A DNA stretch of 55,804 bases, counting the filler, from Sphacelaria rigidula (taxonomy: Eukaryota), in the NCBI GenBank assembly GCA_964200075.2. It is 6 parts of 6 records of this genome, joined end to end, with 100 filler letters (N's around TTAATTAATTAA, not from the genome) between each part and the next. Parts side by side here need not be neighbours in the genome. Positions count along the whole stretch, not along the records: positions 1 to 9,218 come from CAXNAA020009017.1; positions 9,319 to 18,536 come from CAXNAA020009018.1; 4 more parts are not named here. One strand, written 5' to 3'. Under the pieces are notes generated by a model. The model was not told the origin of the DNA and ran no database searches. It saw only the letters and a list, made by a program, of their open reading frames with translations. Shown piece by piece: positions 1 through 12,359 of this stretch. How positions within the stretch are numbered: the stretch's first letter is position 1; every line of letters starts with the position of its first letter. The translations under genes were made by a program, and so were the position numbers.

Positions 1-1035
1 GTTTCTCCGATTCACCCACCTGTTGACCTTACGCTACAACCTTCCCGATATATGGTTACACCATCTTCTCAGATGTCTAGCAAACCGCCATTGGCTACGA
101 TTGGTGGAGGCGCTGTCGATGCCCGATCTCATCCGTTATCCCGAATTGGCTTTCGTTGCGCTTAATGGTCGTCCCTGGAGCTTGCCATCGCAGGTTTCTC
201 AAGACAAATGTACCTGGAGTGTACTTTCGTGCGTCGAGCAATGGCTCTAGCAAAACATTTGCAAAACAAATAAACAGCTTGGACGGGCGGGGCTGTACGC
301 TTGCAACATGAAGGTAGCAAAAACACATGGCGAAGATGGCTGTAGAGTAGAATTACCACGGGGAGTAGAGAATATAATTGAAATTGTAGAGAAGAGAGGA
401 GACAAACAGCGGAAAATCAAGGGGTAACATACGGCAGATAGGGGGGCAAACAGGGGAAGAAAAGAAAAAATGATTAAGTCGGTGAAAGGAGAAAATGAGG
501 CAAATAGTGCAGCATAGGCTATGACTGCTAAATGCAGACGATGAGGGAAAGGGATCACCAGTATAAAACAGTAGATAGCGACAGAGAAAAAAATCAACAG
601 CAAAAAAACCCAGCGGGAGAGGATATAAACATGGTATGATGCGATACCAACGACCATGGAATGACTCGCGGCATTGCGCAGGCACGTTTAGGGCGACAGG
701 AGCGGGCAAAATTGAACAACAAAAGCGGCAGGGGCGGATGGGGGGTGTAGTATTAGTGCGCGCTCTGTCGATGTTCGTATGCAATTCCGAAACTTCAAAA
801 ATAAACAAAGACGTAAAAGTAGATACAAATATAATAGAATATAATAAAACAAAATAAATTAAATTATGGGTCAATTGTGAAGGGAAGAGTCAAACGCAAC
901 GCTACAGTAGAAGCAGGGTGAACAAAACAAGATGGTCAAGGCGTGAGCCACGCACATGATGACTTTTACAATCGGTGTGTCTACTGCTGCCGATCAACGG
1001 CACTGGTTGCCCCCGATCCCGCGGCGTGAAGGAGG

Positions 1036-1122
1036 CCATGTAGTGACGGTCCTCTGAAGTGTAGTGATGGTCCCATGTAGTGTAGTGATGGTCCCATGTA
1101 GTGTAGTGACGATCCCATGTAG
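1036..1122. repeat. 21-bp minisatellite (about 4 copies)
   Basis: Unit AGTGTAGTGATGGTCCCATGT repeated in tandem. Confidence 0.85.
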
Positions 1123-2391
1123 GGGCGACACAATGACAATGCAGTGGTGACATGTTGTGGCGTGGAGGAAGCGAATCCATACGACTTGACCCGTGCAATG
1201 ACTTTCCACAATGCCACACATAAATCAGTCATACTAGGGGCCATTCGTCATTTGCCGGGCGTTGAACATGTTTCGCCGCCAGGATGACTCCAGCATAGAA
1301 GCCCCGTATGTTGGTCAGACATTCGTTCGGACTCACATAGAATGATCCGAACAACTGCTCGAGCAGTCCTGTTAGATACGAAGTTGCACAGTGCAACCAC
1401 GCTGCCACAGCACACAGTACAGTGCAAACACCATGCTAACACGTACCTGGCCAACATGGTAGGTACCTGGGCACTAGATCTAACAGGAGCTGTTTTCTGT
1501 CACAGTACACACCTGAACGATGAACGTGGGTTACCGTCTCGCAATCCCTCCAGGTGCACAACCCCAACAACTGCCGCCCATGTGTACTTTGCGCACGCAT
1601 GTTCACCGGTTTCAGTCTCGGGACACTTCACTCTCTAAGAGTGGATCAACAGCACTTACCTGCTGCCTACGGAGCACTTCGTACACAGCGTGCCCGCTGT
1701 GGGTACTGTATGGGACACATTGATCAAATGTGCGGTACTGTAAGATCCCGGCCTGGAATTTTTAAATTTTTAATTTTTAAATTGTGAAAAAACAGTCCTT
1801 GAACACGGAAGCAGGCGCACGTGAAATGATGAATCACAGGACATACCTGTGCTATCGTGTTAGCACAGAAGGTGGCAAGCATACGCTGTAGCCAGGTGTC
1901 CCGGCTCTGTTCTGTCCAGCTGATGGTCGCTTCGAGGAATCAACAGGCATGTAAGATTCTAGCACCTAAATACGTGATCGTTGGTCAGAAGACCCCACAC
2001 TGAACTGAAAGCACGACTTATGCACTACTGTACACCGAATGCAGACACAACGTGAAACAGTGCAGCTCTACAGCGATGCGACTATGCAGTACTGCCCATC
2101 TTCTCGGTTGGTCACCATAATATGTCGTGGTCTGATCACGAGGTGATACTGGTTTCACTCTCGAAGAACACGCCCGGCCAGGGGTGACACGAGGCCAGCG
2201 GCTGGCCACATCGAACAATCGCAGTCGAGAGGAATGACCCTTGAGCTCGTGAGTAACAGAACATCGAGTCCGATAAGCACTGCATCGCAAGGCCAAGCAG
2301 GGACTCACTTTCACGTGTAGAAGAGGTGCTCTTGACTTACTTGCAAGTGAGGTGTCTCCAAGTGGTGGCTGATAGCTTCGTCATTAGGCTT

Positions 2392-2580
2392 AGCTACGAG
2401 TTAGCTACAACTGAATTTTCTGGGTGATGGAAGTTCTGAGGGCGGTGGGCTCCGGTCAAGGACGCCCGATTGGAATACAACACCAAGCTACTAGTTAGCT
2501 ACAACTGAAGTTTCTGGGTGATGGAAGTTCTGAGGGTGGTGGGCTCCGGTCAAGGACGCCCGATTGGAATACAACACCAA
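2392..2580. repeat. 94-bp tandem duplication
   Basis: Two near-identical copies starting at 2392 and 2486. Confidence 0.93.
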
Positions 2581-3104
2581 CATGCGAATGGAATAAGGCC
2601 TACTGCACTTGCCACGCGTACTGCAAAACGCCTACTACACATACAGTCGATATCCGCCGTAACAGGTACGACCTTGAACTAAACGTACAACTTCACCATC
2701 CTCCATGATTCATACCGGATGACTGTTTGGTACATGATACGCGTACAATTTCGCGGGGAGTCAACCAGCATGAACTCTGATTCGTCCGAACCGTGAAAAT
2801 TTTGTTCCCAGTTTTCAGAATCGCCTCTTTGAAGTGGGAGAAGATATGTGTGACTCCGCTTGGATAGTGTTCAAAATTGCTGGACATTGTGTACAACGAA
2901 TAGATTGCTCTGCTTTACATCGCGCTTCAAATTTTCTTTTTCTTTGTTATGGTGGAAAAGGAGGATAATCGGCATACACGTAGAAGCACGGACAAAATCC
3001 TTGAAAGTAATGAAGAATAAATCCACTGAAGCTCTCGCGTCTCGCACGCGTAAATATCATTCCGTCTATATGCATCACACACATGAGCTCGGGCACTTGC
3101 ACAG

Positions 3105-3915
3105 CTCGTAGCCATCGTTCACGCCATCGCACGGTGCAAACGGCCTCTTAGCGGTCGAGAAACGCGCCTGCTGCACACTACCAAAAAATACCGCCAACCG
3201 ACTGGAGGTGGACATAAGCTATGTCCTAGTCGCGAGTTGGACATAGCTTATGTCCACCTCCAGGGATTGAAATACCTGTCCGCGCTCGTCCCATGTGCCT
3301 TGCTGCATTGACACCACAGCGGCTGCAATACACTCCCTCACACATTCCGTAGCCACCGTTCAAGCCATCGTGGGGTGCAAACGACCTGGTAGCGCAGGAG
3401 AAACGCGCCTGCTACACACAGGGGAAAAAAATACATCTATTTGCACTGGACCGGACTTGGACATAGCTTTTGTCAAAAACGCGACTGAGGCAACTTGGAC
3501 ATGATGTATGTTGGCTGGAGGAATGGGAGCAAGTAATCATGTGCTGCTGCACAGTACCAACAAATACCGCCAACCGGCTGGAGGTGGACATGAGCTATGT
3601 CCCAGTCGCGAGTTGGACATAGCTTATGTTCACCGCCAGGAATTGAAATACCTGTCCGCGCTCGTCCCATGTGCCTTGCATCGACACCACAGCACCTGCA
3701 ACACACTCACACATTCCGTAGCCACCGTTCAAGCCATCGTGGGGTGCAAACGGCCTGGTCGCGCAGGAGACACGCGCCTGCTACACACAGGGTAAAAAAA
3801 TACATTTATCTGCACCGGACTGGACTTGGACATAGCTTTTGTCAAAAACGCGACTGAGGCAACTTGGACATAAGATATGTTGGCTGGAGGCATGGGAGCA
3901 CGTAATAATTTGCTT
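3105..3915. repeat. ~375-bp tandem repeat (2 full units plus a partial), each unit with a long hairpin
   Basis: Units start near 3168 and 3544; inverted repeats at 3202-3263 (perfect 25-bp arms) and 3578-3639. Confidence 0.9.
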
Positions 3916-4117
3916 GCGATTGATAGCGGTCGCGTTGCACACAAGAACGCTAACAACAGGTGATTGCCGCTAGTACGTTTTACCCGCACTGTTCCGCGAT
4001 GCACTGAGGGTTTAGCCAGCGTGATGAGGATGCATCCATTTTGCAGACAGTGTTCAATAAACAAGAAAAGTGCTGCGATTAGCACGTCTCATGTTCCTTG
4101 CATCGACACCCAACAAG

Positions 4118-4755
4118 GAGAAGAAGCAATAGCAGCAGGATCAGCAGCATCTTCCCTGCCAGTAGATGTACGCGGCTGGGGGTGAGTCTGAATCAGCCGG
4201 TGCTGATACTGCTGCTGCTGCTGCTGCTGTCGTTTTTCCTCATGGGAGAGACGGTCCGCATTTTGATCCTGCTACTATAACGCCCACGCACCTTGCGCGT
4301 GATAGCCACCGTGCTGGAAGGCGCTGGTCCGTACTACCCGCTGATGAGTCTATCTGCTTCCCCGCTAGGCTAAGTGCTGGGAGATATAGCTGTGGGCATC
4401 TCTCTGTGCGAGCTGTGCACGTCGGGTGTGTTTCGCACGCGTGGCTACTGCTGGTGATGGGAACAAAGCCAGCGTCCAGTTCAGGGAAAAACAATTGATA
4501 CGTCTTATACTCGTACTGAAAATGCTATGTGGGTAACAACACGCAAACAGACACAGTCGGTTTCAAGTAAGGAAAAGGCAATAACGCGCCAGGTGCATGG
4601 GTATTGTCGCACGTCAAAACGCGGACCGCCTCCCGCACGAGAAGTAGCAGCAGCAGCAGCAGCAGTATCGGCAGTATATTTATTGCCAGTAAATGTACGC
4701 GGCAGGGGGTGGGTCTGCATCAGCCGGTGCCGATGCTGCTGCTGCTGCTCTTCAT
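4118..4755. repeat. Two copies of a ~110-bp core bracketed by (CAG)n...(CTG)n
   Basis: Direct cores GCCAGTA.ATGTACGCGGC.GGGGGTG.GTCTG.ATCAGCCGGTG at ~4158 and ~4685; 4200-4268 is also inverted relative to 4612-4672. Confidence 0.75.
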
Positions 4756-7586
4756 CGTAGACTGTTCGCGTTTCGACCGTGCGATCGTAGACGGGATCAC
4801 ATTTCGGGAATTTTTTGGGCAAGGTTCTTGAAAGGTTCTAACTTTTCTGATTTTCTGAGTGGTTCTGAAATTTTTTTGTCACATATGTTGTGAATTTTTT
4901 GTTTGGAGATGAGACAAAGGGCTCCCAACACTTCACACTCAAAAAATGTTACGTTCAACCCTATCGTGGCATCACACTCAAAAGTGAAGATTTCCGAAAT
5001 CTCACGACCCATGAAAGTAAATTTGCTGAAGTCATCCATAAGTCATCCATCATTCACCGAACTCCTCGCTTCTCCAAGTCTAGACTGCCAACTCAAGATG
5101 TCACTCACACCCGTGAATGAACACTCGACTTCCCCTCCTCTGTGAGCCTAGAGGGCTGCGCTAAGCTTCAGAGACGAGCTACGAAACTGTCCGGTTGGTA
5201 TTTTTTACACTCTCCGTTTTCGTAACACAAAAAAACGTCGAGCAGAACACGGCATGTACCGTCACTTGTTCGCCGGGGTCATGTGCTGGAAAGGTGCGGC
5301 GGCCTCTTGTGCTGAAGACGTGCGTACCCTGTCTAGCGCCGATCCTTCCCTCCCACTTTCGCGCTACTTTTCTTCTCTGTCAAACCTCTCAAAAACAGCT
5401 TGACTCTCCGCGTTGTGCGCTGTCTGCGAAAAGAAAGCAAAAGCTGGAGAAAAACGAAAAGTTTCGAAAAAAACATACGGGGAAACGTCGACCACAACTC
5501 AGAAAAGAACGAGCGCGTGGGTAGCATTATGTGTTGAGCAGTAAGGATCAATGCCGACCGTTCTTCTCTCTTTTTTGTTTTCTTCGCCATGAATCCTCCG
5601 TCCACATGACACACCGTCATATGTTTCCGTGATACACGAAAAAAACCATCCGTGACGGAAAGGGTCACTGGGACTCGCGATTCAATGCGGCCGCACAGTA
5701 CTGCATATTATAATTATATATATATACGAAATGTGTATATTACCCGCTGGTGCGTCTTTTTTCTGGTCGCATCCAAAATTTTCGCTAGCACAAGTGCTTC
5801 AAAAAAATCATTAGTAGAATATATCGTAAGCACCGAACGAGCGTGTACGCTACTTACCGACTAGCGTTCGCGAATGTTTCCATCTTCACAGGCCGTTAGC
5901 ACAGGCAAGTTTCACCTATCGAAAACTCCGCAAACCCGGCAGAAGGGATGGCACATATCTAAGTTGCGGCACTCCCCCACCCCTCATTGCCCTCCTTGCT
6001 ACCTCAATATACACGGTGATCGAAAAACCACCGGAGAAGTATGACGACCTCTCTCTGCAATAGAGGTTGGGATTGCTCATGGAAGTAACCCAACGAAAAT
6101 CGAGAACAGTTCAGTTGAACCGGTCTTCCTCCCACTGCCCCCTCCCTCCCTTCCCATTACCCTCATGGTCACCGTATTTTACACATTGGTCGAAAACCAC
6201 CTACCTCTCTCTGCAAAAGCAGCTGCGTTTGCTGATACAAGTAATCCGACACTGGCAATAGCTCAGTTAAACCTGTCTTCCTAGTAATTGTCCCCCTCCC
6301 CCCCGCCACGGGTAGGAGCCCACCCGGTCTTAATGTGACTCCAACCCTCAGTCGCCTTCCCGGTGCTTTCTGAACCACCGAACCATCTCGGTCCTCTCGA
6401 CTGGCGGTGAACGCGTACCGACCTCTCGAAGATAGTGTACATCCATGCTCGGAGTCTGACAACACACACACTCCACGCGCGGAATCTATTCCAGTTTCAG
6501 AGATGTAGCCACGTCTGGCAGCCCAATTCCTACCGTTGAGTTGAAGCATCTGACCCCGCCCTCCCTACCCTTCTTCAAGCTTATATAAACATTTCCGAGT
6601 GCGGCCCAAGAACTGAAGGATATGCCACCCACTCGCTGGTCACTGAACGATGTTTTTTATTTTGTTTTGCCGACTAAAACGATATGTCCTTCTTTATCCT
6701 TCTCGCTGAGCATACAACAGCAGTAGCAGGGGGGGGATCAGAAGCACAGAAAACTCATTTTACTTCTTCATATGTCTCCTCCTCCCTTCCCTCTCCCGTT
6801 TCTCCTTCACGGCAAACCTGCCAACAACGAAGGATCTCTAAGCGACCACGACATGTACAACAGAATCAACTCACAGAGATCAATTATGCTACAAGACTGC
6901 GGCCGCCGACACGGGAGCGCTCGCCTCTTGGGAAGCGTTGCCAACCCCAAAGAGATACACTTGGGAGCAATACCAGAACGACAGTACGAATACAGCGCAC
7001 CTTGTTTGAGATAAAAATCCAATTATACACCTCGAAATGACAGGAGTACCGTATTGGAAGCGAGAAGTCGTCGCGTGCAGAGAGAACCACACACGGCACA
7101 GTAGGCATACCACGGCACAGTACAGGCCAGCCTAGAGCAAAAAAAATGAAGAAGATATCCCACATAGCAACAACAGCAGTCCCAACGCTGTGTACAGAAA
7201 AACGCACCACAGAGTATGAGTAGAGCACCCACCGCAGACACCTTACTATACATTGCGACGGCAGAAATTCAACACCCACAACACATCGACAAAAGTACAC
7301 AACAAAATTGTCGCTGCGCTGCCCGACGGCGAGCGAAGACCAGCAACCTGCGGTGAACAACGAAGCAAAAAAAAAACAGCAAAAACTATTCCAGACAGAA
7401 TATTTGGAAGAACAAGCAGAACCATCCACCACCGCGTGTACAGTTCACATGCTGAACAGGAGAACAGCCTGAAACCGAACGTCGAGATATCTCACCACAA
7501 ATCACCACAGCGATAAATTCCAACACGTACCCAAAGCGAAGAGCTCCAGGCCTACATGCACAAACGAGCACGGTTTGAAAGTGAAG

Positions 7587-7612
7587 CACACACACACACA
7601 CACACACACACA
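7587..7612. repeat. (CA)n microsatellite
   Basis: Directly visible. Confidence 0.95.
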
Positions 7613-8853
7613 TGAACATTCAAAGCACACGTACCCTGGACAAAGAGCTACAGGGATGTTTTCATGAACCGGCACAACACCCGACCAAAAATACGAAATC
7701 AAGATGAGGTTTTCAGGAGGGGCAGATGAACCCAAAATCTGAGGGCGGGAAGGCGGGGAGGCGGGGGATAGACATATTTCACCGGATCTACCGTACACAG
7801 TCGGTGTGATCGTTCGCGCACATCCGACGATCGCTGGGGGCACTCAAGAGACGCTCCGGGTAGGGATGGTACCATGAGTTTTCAGCGCGGTAGCTGGGGG
7901 TAGCGAGTAAGAACAACGATAACCGCTTCCCAACGACTGTTTTTCCGGGTACCTTGCAAGAAGGTATCGACACCTCGTACCTGTACCATACCCATCCTGA
8001 CCGCGCTTATTGCAAACCCACCGTAAGTTCCACAACATCCAACGACACATCACGATAGACCCGCAACAACCATCTCTCATGATTGGGGGAGGGCGGGACG
8101 CGGCTGGGGTTCCAGTCGTCAGCAACTCCTCATTCCCTTTCGTGTAATTATTTTTTTATTTGTTGCCGTGAAAACCACAAGCAAAGGCGCTTTTACAGAA
8201 GCTAGCACTAGCTACTCACCACACACCAACGCTATCCTTACCCCTTCCAGCCCACCCCTGCCGAAGCTTGACGGGGCGCATCTCGACCTTTTCCTCTTCA
8301 TGTGCGCTACTGACCGTAGACGCGTGCCACCCGACGCGCGACCGGTCAGTCAGTGGTGTATTTCTCTTCCTCCTCTTGAAACTACGCCAAAAATTGTAAC
8401 GAAAAGCCACGACAATTTTGAAGTGCAGCGAACGAAATGATGACACAGAATGCTAAACCTCCTCTTTTCCACGCACATACAAAAGCGAAGCCAAGCGCAA
8501 CCAGCAGTGAGGCCGTGTCCCTCCCCTTCGGAGAATTAGCATCTCCGTCTCCCCTCCCTCCCCCTCCCGCCTCTCCCAGCATTCACGAGGTCCGGGCGCT
8601 CCGACACAGCTATCATCGCCGTTCCCTATCTTGTGGACGCCGTAAGCATGTCAAAGCTCCAATTCGCGAAATCAACCTGATCAGAGGTTACGCACAGCAG
8701 ACTTCCTCGCCGCCAATCCGAAGACATACAGTGTCAACGGTCACACAAACAAAAAAACGCTCGTTCGCCGACACCACCCCCCCCTCTCCCCTGGGCGTGA
8801 CTTCCCCCTTTCCTGGCCCAATCCGATTCGATTCTTGCCCTCTGCCTACGTCT

Positions 8854-9114
8854 TTACACGAATATCAGGTCTAGGAATCGGACGGAGCACACCGTGTCCA
8901 GCGCCGTCAGCACGAGGAACAGCAAGATCCAAGCTATGGACCCGATGTTCCGCCGCTTCACCCATGTAACCGCCGCGGTGGAAACGCCTAGCAGGCAGTA
9001 CTCATCGTCGTGCGGCGGGGTGTGGTGCACCTTGTGCGCCGCAGGTGACAGCATGAGATTCTTGTTCTGCAGATAGGTGACCCACTTCGGCCTCTTGCTC
9101 ATCAATTGGTGGGC
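8854..9114 (-). CDS. Terminal exon of a TMEM189/PEDS1/CarF/FAD4-family lipid desaturase (partial gene; upstream exons off the contig)
   Basis: AG acceptor at 9116-9115 after a C-rich tract. Translation AHQLMSKRPKWVTYLQNKNLMLSPAAHKVHHTPPHDDEYCLLG...WILLFLVLTALDTV...* matches the family C-terminal pattern AH..P.WV..LQ....L....HxxHH..PHD..YC. Confidence 0.8.
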   Translation of the reverse strand, partial: AHQLMSKRPKWVTYLQNKNLMLSPAAHKVHHTPPHDDEYCLLGVSTAAVTWVKRRNIGSIAWILLFLVLTALDTVCSVRFLDLIFV

Positions 9115-9144
9115 CTTTTTTGGAATAACCGGCAGAGGTCGTGG

Positions 9145-9175
<31 letters not shown>

Positions 9176-9218
9176 TGTGTCTTAGTCAGTCGAGCATGGA
9201 CGGGGGAGGTGTTGAACC

Positions 9219-9318
9219 NNNNNNNNNNNNNNNNNNNNNNNNNNNNNNNNNNNNNNNNNNNNTTAATTAATTAANNNNNNNNNNNNNNNNNNNNNNNNNN
9301 NNNNNNNNNNNNNNNNNN
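9219..9318. other. Artificial contig-join spacer (N44-TTAATTAATTAA-N44)
   Basis: 100-bp spacer with a six-frame-stop linker at 9263-9274. Confidence 0.98.
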
Positions 9319-9405
9319 AGGGAGACGGGGCCAATGGGCTTATAACTTAGGCAAAAAGTACCAGGAGTACCCCCCCCCCCCCCCATCCCTATCGTAGGAT
9401 GACTC
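9319..9405 (+). mobile_element. Diverged LINE 3' tail ending GAGTA-poly(C), abutting a MITE terminal-repeat remnant (CTATCGTAGGATGACTC)
   Basis: Similar to the LINE tail at 21481-21540 (reverse complement) and to the MITE TIR at 27461-27479. Confidence 0.6.
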
Positions 9406-10460
9406 AGAACCGGCAGATGAATCCTCGATGGTGTGATCAATGACCTGCACTACATCGTAACAATATGCAGCCTTCACCTCCAAGATTATCTCCTGTTTCA
9501 AAATGTACGTACCTTTCGCGTATGGTACGTGTGAACTTGTGTCGCGTGATGTGCCAATGATGAGCGAGTTTTGAGCTGCGCGGAAGAAACGGTTCATAGG
9601 TGTGCTACATAACCCCACACACTCGCTGTGCCGTCGACTGTGGCTCAGATAACTGCCGGGCAGCTTCAACCCGCCTTACCTTGATACCAGGAGTAGGCGA
9701 ATAAATTCGCTGCTTGAAACGATACTTAGAGGTGAATCCTCCGCGCCGAAAGTCCCCCCACCACCCTCTTCCCCCCTTCCCCGCCCCCGTCTCAATCATA
9801 GTACCACCCAAATTTTCTTTAACGTTAGCCGGAGACGCTGAGACACTGAAATCATCACTATGCTACAATGTCGTTGTTTGTGAAGACATCTGCGCTCACC
9901 AACCAAGGCATTGGTATGTTGTCCTGGAGAAACTCGTTCCCCGGCATTGTGGTACCTCCTCGAACAGACAGACATCCACGTAGCCTCAAGTTCGCAGTGA
10001 ACATTCGCAGCCAACCAGGAGCTGTCCACCTCTGAGTGATTCGACACTAGAGAGGAAGAATGCTCCACGGAACAAAAGGGATCATACATGTGTGATATAG
10101 GACCTCACACCCGCGATGGGCATCTGCGTGTGGCTGAAACCTTTGCCCGGCGGTATGAACGAGTGTTTTATGTCGAAGCCAAGATCATCCTCATGAAATT
10201 TTCTGTTCGCAGTGACACTTCAGATTACTTCTCCGCGCAAAAAGTGGGACATTCCCCCTTACCCCCCATACCCCTCCAGACCCTTATTATTCAATCGCCC
10301 TGCTTTGTCCTGTGCGGTAGTGTCGTGGAAGCTTGCACGTAACTGCCGTCTAAATGTGAGGCCCTTGAAGCATACAGTTGTAACCCACTCCGGAGCTGCT
10401 GAGACAACGTAAACAAAACACAGTTTCCAACTCGTCTGTCGATTGCCGTCGCCAGCCGAT

Positions 10461-10889
10461 AACACGGGATTTTACTAAATTGGGGATGGATCTTGAATTG
10501 GGGATGAAAACCCGGAGAATTAAAGCCTTATCCACTCCAAATCTTTGAAGTATGCTTTCGTTTCTTCACTTGCTGGTACCTATTGACAGCTACTACACGC
10601 CATACAAATTTGGATTTCGATAACCGAAATGGCGGGGTCGTAGGTAAAACACCAATTCTGGGGGATTTTAGGTGTCCGATCGGACGCCAAAATTGGTTCG
10701 ACACCCAGGACCCCGGTATTTCGGTTATTGAAATCCAAATTTGTACGGCGTGTAGTAGTTGTCAATACCTACCAGAAACTGAAGAAATGGAAGCATACTT
10801 CGAAGATTTGGCGTGGATAAGGTTTTAATTCTCCGGGTTATCATCCCGAATAAAAGATCCATCCCCAATGATGTGTGAAATCCCGTGTT
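10461..10889. mobile_element. Foldback MITE (~430-bp near-palindrome, AACA...TGTT termini)
   Basis: Arms pair along the whole length around TCCGATCGGA (10675-10684); flanked by CGAT/CGAT; second copy at 24217-24661. Confidence 0.85.
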
Positions 10890-12359
10890 CGATGCGTTCA
10901 TCCCCCTCATTGAGTGTCACCAATGGTGAGCTCTCTTCAAAAACGTGAGAAATCCATTGCTCTTCTGATATAACTGTAATGATCTGTTATGGCCGAGATT
11001 ATTTTTTGCCCCTGCCACGCTACTTTCATGTTTCGACCCAATGTAACGTGCTGAGGTTCATATTACTTCGCCGCCTACGCCGGTGAACAGGTCAGGGAGC
11101 ATGATCAATACGTGATGTTCGACGCGTATGGCGCTGACATGAGCATGATTGACGGCCTTTTCTTCGCACGAATTTTGCATTTCTGCCTTCGAAACAAACA
11201 TGGTATTCGAATAGCGTGAACGTGGTGAACGATCATTGTCCCATCCAAGATTGCACTCTGAAACAGAGCCTAATCACGGCGAAAGTTGTGTCGACAAAAA
11301 CATGCTGTTATTGCCAACTTCTGTCAGTGTGCTCCGCGGTGATCAACGGGTGGGATTGAATATGCCATGATACTCTGCTCCGAAAGCAACTCTTTTGAGT
11401 AGATTTTGATCGATGTCCAGCACAACCTCCTATTTCCTCATTCCCAATAGTCAGCCTTTGGGTATACAAGGAGCGCTACCCCAACGGCGTGTAACAACAT
11501 GTTAGTAACATTAGGGACGTATTTTTTTTTCCAGAACGGGAGATTTTTCGCCATTTACACGAAGACGGTCGAAACATCTGAAATGGTTGTTTCCCTAGAA
11601 AAAGCCCGTGTCTTGACGAGACTTTTGCCGCAATTGGATTTGTAATCGGTGATGCCTTCGACGAGATGAGGCCGAGAATGTACATTTTTTCTTCTATTAT
11701 TGTGGTTCGACTGTTTTTTCTTGTATCTCTGCACTGACCTCGTCAATTTGAAGTCATTTTGCATCAATATGCCAGTCAGATCACGTGCTTTCAGGGGCGA
11801 AGGCCGTGTCGGACTATTCAACCGTCTTCGTGTTAATTATGAAAAACCTCCTGTTCCGAAAAAAAACTCTTGTGGACGACGCTGAAGGAGATCTCGTTAG
11901 AATTATGAAACATAGGGAAAGCCCATGGAAAATGTACAAAAGCAAATCTCAAAAAAAATATTGGTGGTTCAAAATCAGCCTCAGAGTTGAGTCAATTATG
12001 GCCACTTCGAATCCGTTTTCTTCCCTATATTCGACCGATTTCCCCCATTTTGCCTTGGATGTGAATGAAAACGGTACAGATAGAGTGGTTTCAGACGAGG
12101 TGTAGCTGGGCTCTGCACGAGAACTGGGTTGAAACGAAACGATGTCAGTGTGTTTTTGGTATTTTTTCGCGCTTTCATTCCTTATGCCTCGGAAAAGCGG
12201 CGGGATACGGCTATTTGTGGGTCGGCTGTTTTTTTCGGACATTCGGCCCCATGGGGCAAGCGACGTTTGTTTCAAACAATAATTGGACTGTAAAATGATA
12301 TGTAGGAGAATACCTGAGTAATAAACGAAAGGACAATCTGACGCGGTTAAGGGTCCATA

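Noticed and set aside
4341..4380. Hammerhead ribozyme core CTGATGA
   Set aside because: No stem II or GAAA follows.
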